A stretch of DNA of 55,630 nt from Thermococci archaeon (GCA_003660555.1 QMUK01000001.1:1-55630), one strand, 5' to 3'; counted from the stretch's first letter, positions 9,148 through 18,396 are shown. Numbers and translations are program-made. Notes: a model not told the origin generated them from the sequence alone.

Positions 9148-10707
9148 TTGGGCCTTCGGGGGTGCATTAATCTGAAAAGTAGCGTCTTACTCAAAGGAGA
9201 GGAGTTCATTGTTAAAGGTCATCTGAAAGAAGTCCTGGAAGAATCATATGAGCTTTTGAAATTCTCCGAGAGAATAGGGGATTACGCCTCCTACTCAGAT
9301 GCCCTATACTTAATTTCTGTTGTGAGCAGACTCCTAGGTAATATAGAACTTAGTGTCAGAGCGTCTGAAAGAGGTGTAGAGGCGTCAAGGAATTCTAGCT
9401 ATAGTGAAGGGCTCTGTATGTGTCTTCTATCAAGAATAAGGGCTATGGAATCTAGAAAAGAAAAAGAAGGGATATCAACTCTCTTAAAAGAGTGCGAGAG
9501 AGTGTGTTTAGAGACAGATATATATTACGAGTATCTAAGACTTCTTGGAGATCTTAAAGTCTCCGATTTCAGATACGAAGAGGGAATTAGACTGTATGAC
9601 AAAGCTGCAGACCTAGCGACTAGGAAGGGAGACAAGCTATCAGAACTTAAATGCAAATTTAACCTTGGAGTCACTAAATTAGCGTCAGGAGATCTGTCTG
9701 GAAGAGGAGAGTTGAAAGAGGTAATGGAAGAGTTCCAAAGTAAAGGATACAAACTAGGAATGTCTGTATTGCTGCTAAACTTAGGAATAAGTGAGCTACT
9801 ATTTGGAGAAACCAAGAAGGCATTGGATTATTCCGAAAGGGTAATAGAAATAAGCAAGAACATGGGAGACAGAATACAGGAAATGAGGGCACTATTTTTG
9901 AAGGCTGATGCATTATACTCACTAGGAAAACTCGATGAAGCAATCGCTGTGATGGACGAAGGGCTAGAGATAGCTTTCTCTACTGGAGATCATCGCGAGA
10001 TCACAACTAGGCTACTCATGAAGGGGCTAATTCTACTGGATAAGGGAGAGATAAAATCTGCAGAGGAGATACTCCATACAATGAGAGAATACGAGAAATA
10101 TGAAGTAGATAAGTCATTATTAAACTTCTTAATTGGGAAGATAGAAGCTGAAAAGGGAAACTACGAAATAGCAGAGAAATATCTAAGAGAAGCCATAGAG
10201 AAATGTGAAGGTTGTTCTCCGAGGATTATACTAATGATGAAACTCAGTCTAGCTAAGACAATGTTAGACTACAGAGAGCTTAGAGAGGACATTAGAGCAA
10301 ATATTTCCTCGGTCATCGAGGATATCGAGGGAGATCCAACGGTAAAGAGATATGCCTCTATTATGGCTAATCTGAAGTTAATAAGAGGGCTACTCTCAGC
10401 TTTGACGGAGGATTATGAGCATGGAGAAAGGTTAATATTGGAGGCACTATCCATATGTAATGAGCACGACCTCATCATGACTAGAGAGAAAATATTGGAA
10501 GAACTGAAGATACTCAGAACGTACATGATATCTCACAACGTGGAATCAATTGTTATGGATAGAATCAAAGACAATGAAGCATTCTCAGGAAAGGCAAAGG
10601 AGTATCTAAGTATGCTGACTTCGCAATTGTTTTGGGTGAGGGACATCAGAGAAAAAGCGACTAACATAGAAAAGAGAAAACATTGGCAATCGCTTCGAAG
10701 AGCGTGA
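9148..10707 (+). CDS. Tetratricopeptide-repeat (TPR) protein
   Basis: 519 aa of helical-hairpin repeats with TPR-like spacing (ALYSLGKLDEAIAVMDEGLEIA, EAEKGNYEIAEKYLREAIEKC). No enzymatic motif. Start uncertain (TTG at 9148 or TTG at 9253). Confidence 0.55.
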   Translation: MGLRGCINLKSSVLLKGEEFIVKGHLKEVLEESYELLKFSERIGDYASYSDALYLISVVSRLLGNIELSVRASERGVEASRNSSYSEGLCMCLLSRIRAMESRKEKEGISTLLKECERVCLETDIYYEYLRLLGDLKVSDFRYEEGIRLYDKAADLATRKGDKLSELKCKFNLGVTKLASGDLSGRGELKEVMEEFQSKGYKLGMSVLLLNLGISELLFGETKKALDYSERVIEISKNMGDRIQEMRALFLKADALYSLGKLDEAIAVMDEGLEIAFSTGDHREITTRLLMKGLILLDKGEIKSAEEILHTMREYEKYEVDKSLLNFLIGKIEAEKGNYEIAEKYLREAIEKCEGCSPRIILMMKLSLAKTMLDYRELREDIRANISSVIEDIEGDPTVKRYASIMANLKLIRGLLSALTEDYEHGERLILEALSICNEHDLIMTREKILEELKILRTYMISHNVESIVMDRIKDNEAFSGKAKEYLSMLTSQLFWVRDIREKATNIEKRKHWQSLRRA

Positions 10708-10710
10708 GCA

Positions 10711-10767
10711 CTCTCACTAATTGAGGCCCATCTAATTAATGTGTTGGCCTTTGACAGTGAGAGTTTT
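10711..10767 (+). terminator. Hairpin plus T-run directly after the TPR gene stop codon
   Basis: CTCTCACT (10711-10718) pairs with AGTGAGAG (10756-10763). There is an inner GGCC/GGCC stem. TTTT follows at 10764-10767. Confidence 0.35.
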
Positions 10768-10901
10768 GCGTTTGAAGTGAAACTCGAAACCCAATCCATT
10801 TGCCACCTCAGACGAAACGTCTACGTGATGAAATAACCCAGCTAGATGTGAGAATAAGGAGGGAGAAAAAGATAAAAAATAGTGTCTAGGCATGCAGGAG
10901 C

Positions 10902-11357
10902 TTGAGAGGAAGTGATAGTTTGGGGGAGGACCATCTCGGGGTAAATGATGTTAGGGATGAGTACAACCTCAGGAAATTGATAGAGTTAAATAACAGGATA
11001 GTCAACCTCTTAGTAGACATACACAAGAAGGTGGAGGAAATATCGGAGTTGGTTGAGGCGGAATTCAAAACGCTAAACATGCAAATGGAAACCATAAACG
11101 AAATCAAGGAATTATTCTCTAAGGACGAGATGAATACCTTAAAAGAATTGGATCCAACGGTTCTCCTATCTCTGCCAGATTACCTGAGGAAAACGCTCAT
11201 GGAACTATCCAAACATGAGGAAGCTACTGCTGAGACAGTTTCAAGAAACACAGGTAGAAGTAGGGCAATTGAAAGTCTTTATTTAAATCAACTGTGTAGA
11301 ATGGGCCTAGCAAGGAAGAAAAGAGTAGGGAAGAGAGTGTACTTCTCTCTAAGGTGA
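10902..11357 (+). CDS. Coiled-coil protein with C-terminal winged-helix DNA-binding domain
   Basis: C-terminal wHTH LRKTLMELSKHEEATAETVSRNTGRSRAIESLYLNQLCRMGLARKKRVGKRVYFSL. Stop lies 6 nt before the ParA-like gene. Start uncertain. Confidence 0.55.
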   Translation: MRGSDSLGEDHLGVNDVRDEYNLRKLIELNNRIVNLLVDIHKKVEEISELVEAEFKTLNMQMETINEIKELFSKDEMNTLKELDPTVLLSLPDYLRKTLMELSKHEEATAETVSRNTGRSRAIESLYLNQLCRMGLARKKRVGKRVYFSLR

Positions 11358-11363
11358 TAAAAA

Positions 11364-12083
11364 ATGAAAACCTTGGCAATACATTCTTATAAGGGAGGAA
11401 CGGGGAAGACATTCTTAGCAATAAACTTAGCGGCACAATTAGTTGAGCTAGGAAAAGAGACAGTCTTGTTAGAATTAGATTTCGATGCTCCATCACTTAA
11501 GACAACTCTTGGAATAGAAGCCGAAAAATGGACCAATGACGTACTAATTCGTGGAGTGAACATAGAGGAGGCCCTTGTTTCAATAAACAATTTTAAGGTA
11601 GCACTATCTAATCCGTCAATCGAAGAAATAAACAAAGTAGCCTCATTGAGGAAGACTGAATACATGAGAGTCCTCGGGAGACTCTTAAGAGCATTGAAGA
11701 AGTTAGAAAGAGAGGGTATTGATTATGTGATAATAGATACGAGCCCTGGTGTGAGCCTAATGACTATAAACTCGATAGCAGCATCAGATGTAGTCCTTTT
11801 GGTTATGAGAGAGGATGACATAGATATATCTGGAACCAAAAACATGATAGAAGGAATATACGACGTGTTGGGAAAGGAAGTGTACATCGTCTTGAATAGA
11901 GTTCTTAGAAAAGAAAACAAGGAGAAAATCGAGAGAGAACTAAATATTGAGGTCATATCTGAGATAAGATGCTCTTGCGATGTACCACTATGGAAGGGAA
12001 AGATATTCTCGATTGAAAATAGAGATCATCCTGTATCTGTTGGTATAAGAGAACTATCTGAGAAATTGATTTCTCTGGGATAG
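11364..12083 (+). CDS. ParA/MinD-family P-loop ATPase
   Basis: Deviant Walker A SYKGGTGKTFLAINLA with signature lysine. Walker B YVIIDTSPG. Length 239 aa. Confidence 0.85.
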   Translation: MKTLAIHSYKGGTGKTFLAINLAAQLVELGKETVLLELDFDAPSLKTTLGIEAEKWTNDVLIRGVNIEEALVSINNFKVALSNPSIEEINKVASLRKTEYMRVLGRLLRALKKLEREGIDYVIIDTSPGVSLMTINSIAASDVVLLVMREDDIDISGTKNMIEGIYDVLGKEVYIVLNRVLRKENKEKIERELNIEVISEIRCSCDVPLWKGKIFSIENRDHPVSVGIRELSEKLISLG

Positions 12084-12232
12084 TTCCCAGACGTTTTTAG
12101 ACAACTCCTCTCTTGTCGACGTTCAAAGCATGACACATTTCATCGGAAAAGTATATATGTGTTTTCGAGTTTAACTCAAAAACAGGTGGTCGTCTGCACT
12201 TCCTCTCTAGACAGGGAATTAGGGAGAAGTGG

Positions 12233-13105
12233 ATGGTCGGGAAAATAAGAGGTTACTCGAGAGACCCTAGAATGGGACAACTACTCCAAATGTGGAGAGA
12301 TGGGCAAGTAATAGAGAAGAGACTTACATCGGAGATGAAGGAGAGGCTACCGAATTTAAAGGACGAAGAAATAACAGAAATATTAGAGGAAGAGAAGAAG
12401 TTAAGAGAAAGAGAGGAGAAAGTGATGAGAAAACTTCATTTATATTTTCTGGCCTGCTCTATCTCTCCTCTAAGTGGCAGGAGAGATTCGTGTAGAAGAT
12501 ATGAGTTCAGAGTGAATGATCTGATTAGCAAATACTGCAGAGGAGAACTATCTCCAAAGGAGTACCTAGAGCAATTAGAAAAGCTAGAAAGAAGAATAAT
12601 GGCAGAACACGAGGTAGTCATGTTAGAAAAACACTTCTTTGATAAGGTCAGTAACATCCTCAAACTCTCTGGAGTGGAAGTGAGTGACGAGGCCCTAGCG
12701 ATGAGACTTTTCCCAGAGAGCGTAGATGGACTCAAGAAGTACAGACTAAGCGAATATAGAGAGAGTCTGAATGAGAACAATAGCTTAGCAAAACTGGTCA
12801 GGATAGTTGTCGAGAGACTTGCACACAATGATGTAGCGCCAATTCTACTAGACACTAACGAGGAAAAAATGCTTCGGGAAGTAGAAAGAAGAAATGTCAA
12901 TTCAAGGAAACTGGAAAAGGACGAGGAAAAAGCTAAAACAATAAACAAACTAGTCGGAACAGGATTAGTGCTCATAGAAAATGGAGAATATGCAATAACT
13001 GAAGAGGGCAAGGAAGTCATGAGAATACAGGAGTTCTTAAACGATATAGCCAGAAAAATAGGATACGAGAGATGGAATGACCTAGTAGCTCCGAGAACAA
13101 CTTAG
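12233..13105 (+). CDS. Hypothetical highly charged coiled-coil protein, possible C-terminal wHTH wing
   Basis: Host-like codon usage. ATG preceded by GGGAGAAG. KLVGTGLVLIENGEYAITEEGKEV resembles a winged-helix wing. No other motif recognised. Confidence 0.5.
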   Translation: MVGKIRGYSRDPRMGQLLQMWRDGQVIEKRLTSEMKERLPNLKDEEITEILEEEKKLREREEKVMRKLHLYFLACSISPLSGRRDSCRRYEFRVNDLISKYCRGELSPKEYLEQLEKLERRIMAEHEVVMLEKHFFDKVSNILKLSGVEVSDEALAMRLFPESVDGLKKYRLSEYRESLNENNSLAKLVRIVVERLAHNDVAPILLDTNEEKMLREVERRNVNSRKLEKDEEKAKTINKLVGTGLVLIENGEYAITEEGKEVMRIQEFLNDIARKIGYERWNDLVAPRTT

Positions 13106-13122
13106 AAAAAATTATCTCAGTC

Positions 13123-16100
13123 CTAGGGGGGAGAAGAGAAGTCCTCTCCCCATATTTCTGGATTATAGTATGCGTAGGCCTTATTGTATAATTCCTTGCC
13201 CTTTACTGGAAATAAAGCTGAGGCTTTGAACGAGAAAGACAGTATCTCAAATGCCTCTAAGTTGTCTATATAGAATATGACTTTTCTTCCGGCCAAATCG
13301 TATCTCTTGATTTTGTTAGGCAGATTTAAAAGACTATCCTCCACGACTTTAAATCCCGTTGGAACCGAGACATCTAGGACGACCATGCCAGTTTCCATGG
13401 GCATCCCTTCTTTCGGAACGTACTTAACTCTGACGAGTATCGAGATCTGATCAGTCTCCTCGATACCCTCTGAAGAATATTCTACGTCTAGCTCGATTGG
13501 TTCATAACTCTGTTCTTCTCGCAGAACATTGTATTTTCTTACCAATTGGAGGAATACCTCTCCTTTACCCTTGGAGACTACCTTAATTCTCTTATCCGGG
13601 GGTATCGACATCTCTTGCAACACATCGAAGTTGTTCTCATCCACCTTCATCTCACCGATTTTCCTTCCTTCTGCTAATACCTCTATCTCCATTTCGACTT
13701 CTTTCCCTTTGGCTCCAGCTGCTAGGGAGAACTCAGTAATGGCTTTTATTGCTACCACTGTGTCTTGGGTTGAGAAGAATCCTCCGTTAGAGTTTCTCTT
13801 ACTTAATATCCAATCTATTGCCTGTTTAGCATCCTCAAATCTACCAGAATTGATTAGGGCAAGTGCGGCATATGAAGTGGCCTCTATTGAAATAGCTGGG
13901 TTTTCGAATTCATATCCCCAATGGAGTCCGTTTTCATCTCTCCTCGAAGCCTCTATTAACTTGTCTATCACTTCGTCAGAGGAAGAACCAGCTAGAGATA
14001 GTGCGTAGGAGACTATTGCTATGGAATAAGAGTCATCTAGTGTGGGATAAATCTTCTTCAGATAGGATATGCCTGATTCAGTCCTGTAGCCATATTCCAA
14101 CAGAGAAGAGACTACATAAGCCGTAAGGGGTACCCTGCCTGAGACCCCACCGAGTATTTCCTTATGATGAACGAATCCGATCGGCTCCCAGTATCCCTCT
14201 TCAGACTGCTTGCTTATTATCCAGTTCTTTGCTCTCTCCAGCACATTTTCATCTATGTATATTAATTCTTTCGCCTCTGAAAACGTCCTGAGTACGAAAG
14301 CAGTCAGGAACAGGCTCCCTTCATCATCTCTTTCACCAAAAGCTGAAAATGACCCATCTTCTCTCATGAACGTTAGCTCTCTCTGATATCCTGTAATTAG
14401 AAACTTTTCAGCCTTTGCCAGTATTTCAGGGTTAATATCTCCAGAAGACTTCATGTATTTTGTCACATAGACATCTGGAGCCATGAATATCATGTTCTGC
14501 TCTCCACAACCGAAGGGCATCTTCAAGAGAGAGTCTAGACCCTCTATTACTTGAGACATGTAAGCACCAGTTACTCTCAAGTAAACCTTTTCTGATCCCA
14601 CTACGTGCTTTGGTACCTTAGTATCTAGCTCTATGATGTCTCCGGAAGTTAATTTGTAGTTCTCCACCTCTTCGACAGGCTTACCTTCCGGATCGACTTT
14701 CAACGTCTTTGAGACAGCATCCGAGTGCCTTTCACCTCTAGCAAATATGGTGAATCTCCAAAGTCCAATCTTCTTTGGTCTTATTCTAAAAGAAACCGAG
14801 TTCAGGTCATTTCCATCAACTTCAATCCATTTTCTTTTATCGTCTAAGAAATCCAACCAAGTCTCGTTTGTATTGAAATCCAATAGGACTCTCTCCTTTC
14901 TGTCAGAGTAGTTGTAAATTGTTACCTTGATTGGAAACTCCTCTCCTCTAATAACAGAATATGGAACGTCTACTTTCAAGAAAAAGTCTCTGAAGACTCT
15001 TATTTCACTTTCCCCTATACTTATTCCTTTTTCAGAAGTTGAGATGGCTCTGAGATACCAAGTGGTTATGGTATCTGGAGCAGTTAAAACGATCTCTTTT
15101 TCTCCTTTCGAGACTACACTTCCCCAGAACCAAGTTTCCGGGAAGTACTCCCTGATTAGTTCAATTTCTTTTAGACCCATGGCAGCTTCCCCTATAGACT
15201 CAAGCGTCTTTCTCTGTTGAGCTAAAGGCATTATTACTCCTTTTACACCACCGAAATCTCCTTCTACCGCGATTTCTGGCCTAGGCATACTTGGTATTGA
15301 AGCGTTGGATATCACCATCACTTTAGCCTCTGAGAACACTTCCTTAGAAGATCTGAAGTGCACCTCATACCTAGGTTCCATGTAGACTCTCTCTAGCTCC
15401 TCTAACACTTGCTCGAGGTTTAGCCTAGACTCCTCCAAGAACACTAAAGACTTATCTATCAGAGTTAGACCCACTTTAGCCACACCATCTGTCTTTATCT
15501 TTAGTTTCACATCTTCTCTTGGCTCAACTTCTTCCTTAGAGAAGGAAACTTCTAAAATTTCTTCCAATCCCTTTACCTTTACTGGAAGATAGTCAACAGC
15601 CACCTCTAAACTAGGTGTTATTTGATATACTACTACTTTGAACTCGGGATACATCTCGGGAGTTACTTTAAGCTTTAGAACTTCTCTAGTAGACCCAGAT
15701 TCTAGTACTCTTCCCCAAACGTTTATTACTTCATAAAAGATAGTACCCCCACTGCTAGTAGAATAAATTCTAAATTCTACTTTTTCTCCTATTCTAGGAA
15801 CTCCATCAGATACTTGCTCTATGTGAATGAAGCTACCGCTCGGCGAATAGTACGGGAACATCTCTTTCTTAGAGTATAGCTCTCCTCTAATGTAAGCTAG
15901 GATCTCCAAGTAAGTACAGTCTTCAGGCGGGGTTATAGATAAGATTGCCTTTCCCTTCTTCGATTTAACAGATAATTTATCTTCTCTTAGACCTTTTTCT
16001 GTGTAGTATCTTGCTTTAACCTCCAACTCAACATCTATAGGAGAGTTATCTGGATTCTCTGTTATCAGAAGTGTTTTCAGAGGCAATCCAGGTTTAAAAC

Positions 16101-17109
16101 TCAAGTCACTAGGTATTATTTGTACTAGGACAGGTTTCTCTGGTATTTCTACTATCTCGGTTCTGCTTTGGGAATAACCACTGTCTTTTTCCGTTACAGT
16201 GAAGTTCAGTAGGACTTTCCCCATTCCTCTTCCTGAGAAAGTCCCAGTAGTGTATTTGACTGGAGGAACCCTGAATTCAGCTTCCCCGTTTATTTCACTC
16301 TTTCCTCTGAAATACTCCTCCCATTTACCTACGTATCTCATCGCTCTTATTTCCAAAGTTCCTTTGACAGCTCTTCCGAATGAGTACTCTGCCTTAACCA
16401 CTCCTCTTATGCTCTCATCTGGGAGAAACCAACTTTTACTCAACTCAACTGAAATACCGAATTTGGGAAGGGAGTATTTCTCAACTCTGAATTCAACCGA
16501 GGATAGACTATCCCCAGACTTAACTTCAACCCTCCATCTTCCCAAGTTAGGCTCTTCTGAAAGAGGAAATGAAAGTTCATAGAAGCCAAATTCGTCAGTC
16601 CTAGCTTTTTTGCGAAATACTTTGATGTTCTTCGAATCGAAGACACTAATCTCGATTTCCTTTGAGAGAGGATTCATCATAGGTCCTAGGGATATTATCC
16701 TGAGCTTTACATCTTGTCCTGGCTTATATATGGGTTTGTCTGTCTCTATTATCAGAATCGGTCTATCTACCACTCTTATGGTATCTCTTCCCTCGAAATC
16801 TCTTGATTTCACGATTACTAGGTACTCTCCAGGCTCAACCAATTCTAGCGGTATTTCTTTTTTTCCATCGACTTTCACCTTTTTATTCAAAACTTCTCTG
16901 TTGTCCTTCTTGACCAGAACCTCTAGCGAAACTTCCCCCCGAGAGACTACGGATAGACTTCCTTTTTCTCCAAGAGAAAGGATTTTAGGTGCTGTCAATA
17001 GAAAGTAGCCCCCACCTCGTTCAGATTCACGTTGAATGCAGCAGCTCAGAGGGATTGTTAATACAAACAGCAGCAGTATTAGAGCCATCGGTAACTTCTG
17101 CCCAACCAT
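13123..17109 (-). CDS. Alpha-2-macroglobulin / thioester-containing protein family member with intact CGEQ thioester motif
   Basis: 1328 aa. Signal peptide MALILLLFVLTIPLSCC (lipobox-like). Beta-rich MG-like N-terminal half. PFGCGEQNMIFMAPDVYV, with the CGEQ codons at 14497-14508. Toroid hallmarks LFLTAFVLRTF and WIISKQSEEGYW. C-terminal beta domain. Confidence 0.9.
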   Translation of the reverse strand: MVGQKLPMALILLLFVLTIPLSCCIQRESERGGGYFLLTAPKILSLGEKGSLSVVSRGEVSLEVLVKKDNREVLNKKVKVDGKKEIPLELVEPGEYLVIVKSRDFEGRDTIRVVDRPILIIETDKPIYKPGQDVKLRIISLGPMMNPLSKEIEISVFDSKNIKVFRKKARTDEFGFYELSFPLSEEPNLGRWRVEVKSGDSLSSVEFRVEKYSLPKFGISVELSKSWFLPDESIRGVVKAEYSFGRAVKGTLEIRAMRYVGKWEEYFRGKSEINGEAEFRVPPVKYTTGTFSGRGMGKVLLNFTVTEKDSGYSQSRTEIVEIPEKPVLVQIIPSDLSFKPGLPLKTLLITENPDNSPIDVELEVKARYYTEKGLREDKLSVKSKKGKAILSITPPEDCTYLEILAYIRGELYSKKEMFPYYSPSGSFIHIEQVSDGVPRIGEKVEFRIYSTSSGGTIFYEVINVWGRVLESGSTREVLKLKVTPEMYPEFKVVVYQITPSLEVAVDYLPVKVKGLEEILEVSFSKEEVEPREDVKLKIKTDGVAKVGLTLIDKSLVFLEESRLNLEQVLEELERVYMEPRYEVHFRSSKEVFSEAKVMVISNASIPSMPRPEIAVEGDFGGVKGVIMPLAQQRKTLESIGEAAMGLKEIELIREYFPETWFWGSVVSKGEKEIVLTAPDTITTWYLRAISTSEKGISIGESEIRVFRDFFLKVDVPYSVIRGEEFPIKVTIYNYSDRKERVLLDFNTNETWLDFLDDKRKWIEVDGNDLNSVSFRIRPKKIGLWRFTIFARGERHSDAVSKTLKVDPEGKPVEEVENYKLTSGDIIELDTKVPKHVVGSEKVYLRVTGAYMSQVIEGLDSLLKMPFGCGEQNMIFMAPDVYVTKYMKSSGDINPEILAKAEKFLITGYQRELTFMREDGSFSAFGERDDEGSLFLTAFVLRTFSEAKELIYIDENVLERAKNWIISKQSEEGYWEPIGFVHHKEILGGVSGRVPLTAYVVSSLLEYGYRTESGISYLKKIYPTLDDSYSIAIVSYALSLAGSSSDEVIDKLIEASRRDENGLHWGYEFENPAISIEATSYAALALINSGRFEDAKQAIDWILSKRNSNGGFFSTQDTVVAIKAITEFSLAAGAKGKEVEMEIEVLAEGRKIGEMKVDENNFDVLQEMSIPPDKRIKVVSKGKGEVFLQLVRKYNVLREEQSYEPIELDVEYSSEGIEETDQISILVRVKYVPKEGMPMETGMVVLDVSVPTGFKVVEDSLLNLPNKIKRYDLAGRKVIFYIDNLEAFEILSFSFKASALFPVKGKELYNKAYAYYNPEIWGEDFSSPP

Positions 17110-17193
17110 TTTTACCCCCTCTGTCTAATATCTCTCCTCAATCTATATTCTCAACTTGGAATTTCAATGTATCTTAAAACAATTTTGAAGAAA

Positions 17194-17219
17194 TAGTTCA
17201 GAGTAGTTCCTCTTAGTTC
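17194..17219 (+). promoter_or_regulatory. Three TAGTTC direct repeats with exact 10-bp phasing (candidate operator)
   Basis: TAGTTC occurs at 17194-17199, 17204-17209 and 17214-17219. The repeats lie between a TATA-like CTTAAAACAATTTT (17173-17186) and the GTG start at 17225. Confidence 0.45.
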
Positions 17220-17224
17220 CGAAA

Positions 17225-18166
17225 GTGATATACCTCGGAAGTGAAAGAAACTCTGGGTCAAGCTTGCTTCCAGTGGTCCTCATCTCGCTGCTAGCTCTCG
17301 CCCCATTATATCAAATAGAGGAGCTGAACGTCACAGTGGAAATTACCGAGATGGGATACTCAATGGAAGAAATGAAAATACTCTACTTAGCTAATTCAAC
17401 TCTGATAGGAGATAAATTGCACCTCTATGGAGAGATAGAGATCCTATCTGTGGAGGATGAAAAGGGAGAGATTCAGCACCAAGAGGAGTACACAGATAGG
17501 GGACTTCTCCTAACGTATGTGTTTCGTAAGCCACTTAGGAGTGGAGAGGAGTACAGGGTCAGGGTCAGATACAGGAACTGGGGAATAAACAAGAGAGGTA
17601 GAAGCTGGGTATACGATAAGACGCTTTCCTCAGGAGCTCCGATACACACTTTAGAAGTGAAAGTCTATCTACCAAAGGATTTCAGAGTCAAGGTCCCTGA
17701 TGAGATCCCTCCAAACTATATAGGAGAGGAAAACGGGAAAATAGCACTTATTTGGACCACTTCACTTAAAACCAGAGAGGAATTTGTGCTTAGATTCGAA
17801 TACTCCTCTGAACCCAGTGAAAAAAGAAACTACTTACTTTACTTAACTGTAACGTCCTTGTTCACTTCAGTGATTTTGTCTATTCTTTTAGTCAGAGAAA
17901 TATATACTTCAAGGAGAAGAAAAATAAAGCTAATGAGTATATACCGAACCCTAGATGAGAGGGAGAGAGAAGTGCTGGACTTCCTGAGGAAGATGGGAGA
18001 AACATGCCAAGGGGAAATAGGGAAAGCTTTAGGAATACCCAAGTCCTCTTTGAGTAGAACGGTCTCTCGTCTAGAGAGAAAGGGACTAGTAAGGGTTAAT
18101 AAGAGGGGGAAGAGAAAGTATCTTTCACTGAGGGAGGATGTGGTTGAGGATGATGAGCAGCAGTAG
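17225..18166 (+). CDS. Membrane-tethered winged-helix (MarR/TrmB-like) transcriptional regulator with extracytoplasmic domain
   Basis: N-terminal hydrophobic segment LLPVVLISLLALAPL. About 190-aa beta-rich domain. TM helix YLLYLTVTSLFTSVILSILLV. Cytoplasmic wHTH EVLDFLRKMGETCQGEIGKALGIPKSSLSRTVSRLERKGLVRV. Confidence 0.65.
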   Translation: MIYLGSERNSGSSLLPVVLISLLALAPLYQIEELNVTVEITEMGYSMEEMKILYLANSTLIGDKLHLYGEIEILSVEDEKGEIQHQEEYTDRGLLLTYVFRKPLRSGEEYRVRVRYRNWGINKRGRSWVYDKTLSSGAPIHTLEVKVYLPKDFRVKVPDEIPPNYIGEENGKIALIWTTSLKTREEFVLRFEYSSEPSEKRNYLLYLTVTSLFTSVILSILLVREIYTSRRRKIKLMSIYRTLDEREREVLDFLRKMGETCQGEIGKALGIPKSSLSRTVSRLERKGLVRVNKRGKRKYLSLREDVVEDDEQQ

Positions 18167-18396
18167 TAGTAGGCTAGTAATCATTTCGATAATGCTTCTC
18201 TTGTCTCTGACAACGTCTACACTCTCATACTTGGAATACTTAGAAGGAGGGAGAGAGACGCCACCTCCAGTTAAAATGGGAAGACAGTTCGTTGAGACGG
18301 AGAGCACTCGCCACATCTCAAAATCATTTCAGGAGGCTGTAAACAAAGAAATAAACTCTACTTACATTGGAAGAGGAATAACTTTCGGGTGATTCC

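Noticed and set aside
10810-12195. AGACG/CGTCT copies around the wHTH-ParA module as centromere-like sites.
   Set aside because: The motif is only 5 nt long and four copies could arise by chance. Only the 13-nt palindrome at 10810-10822 is mentioned, within the ParA finding.
18150-18210. C/D-box sRNA-like pattern: ATGATGA at 18150-18156 and CTGA at 18207-18210.
   Set aside because: There are no recognisable D'/C' boxes at the expected 12-nt guide spacing and no terminal stem. The C box lies inside the 3' end of the 17225..18166 CDS.
18138-18392. 84-aa plus-strand ORF, and the 63-aa minus-strand ORF at 18125..18316, in the spacer before hypA.
   Set aside because: There is no start-site context or motif, and the sequences are low-complexity. 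The region is more likely the hypA promoter/5' region.
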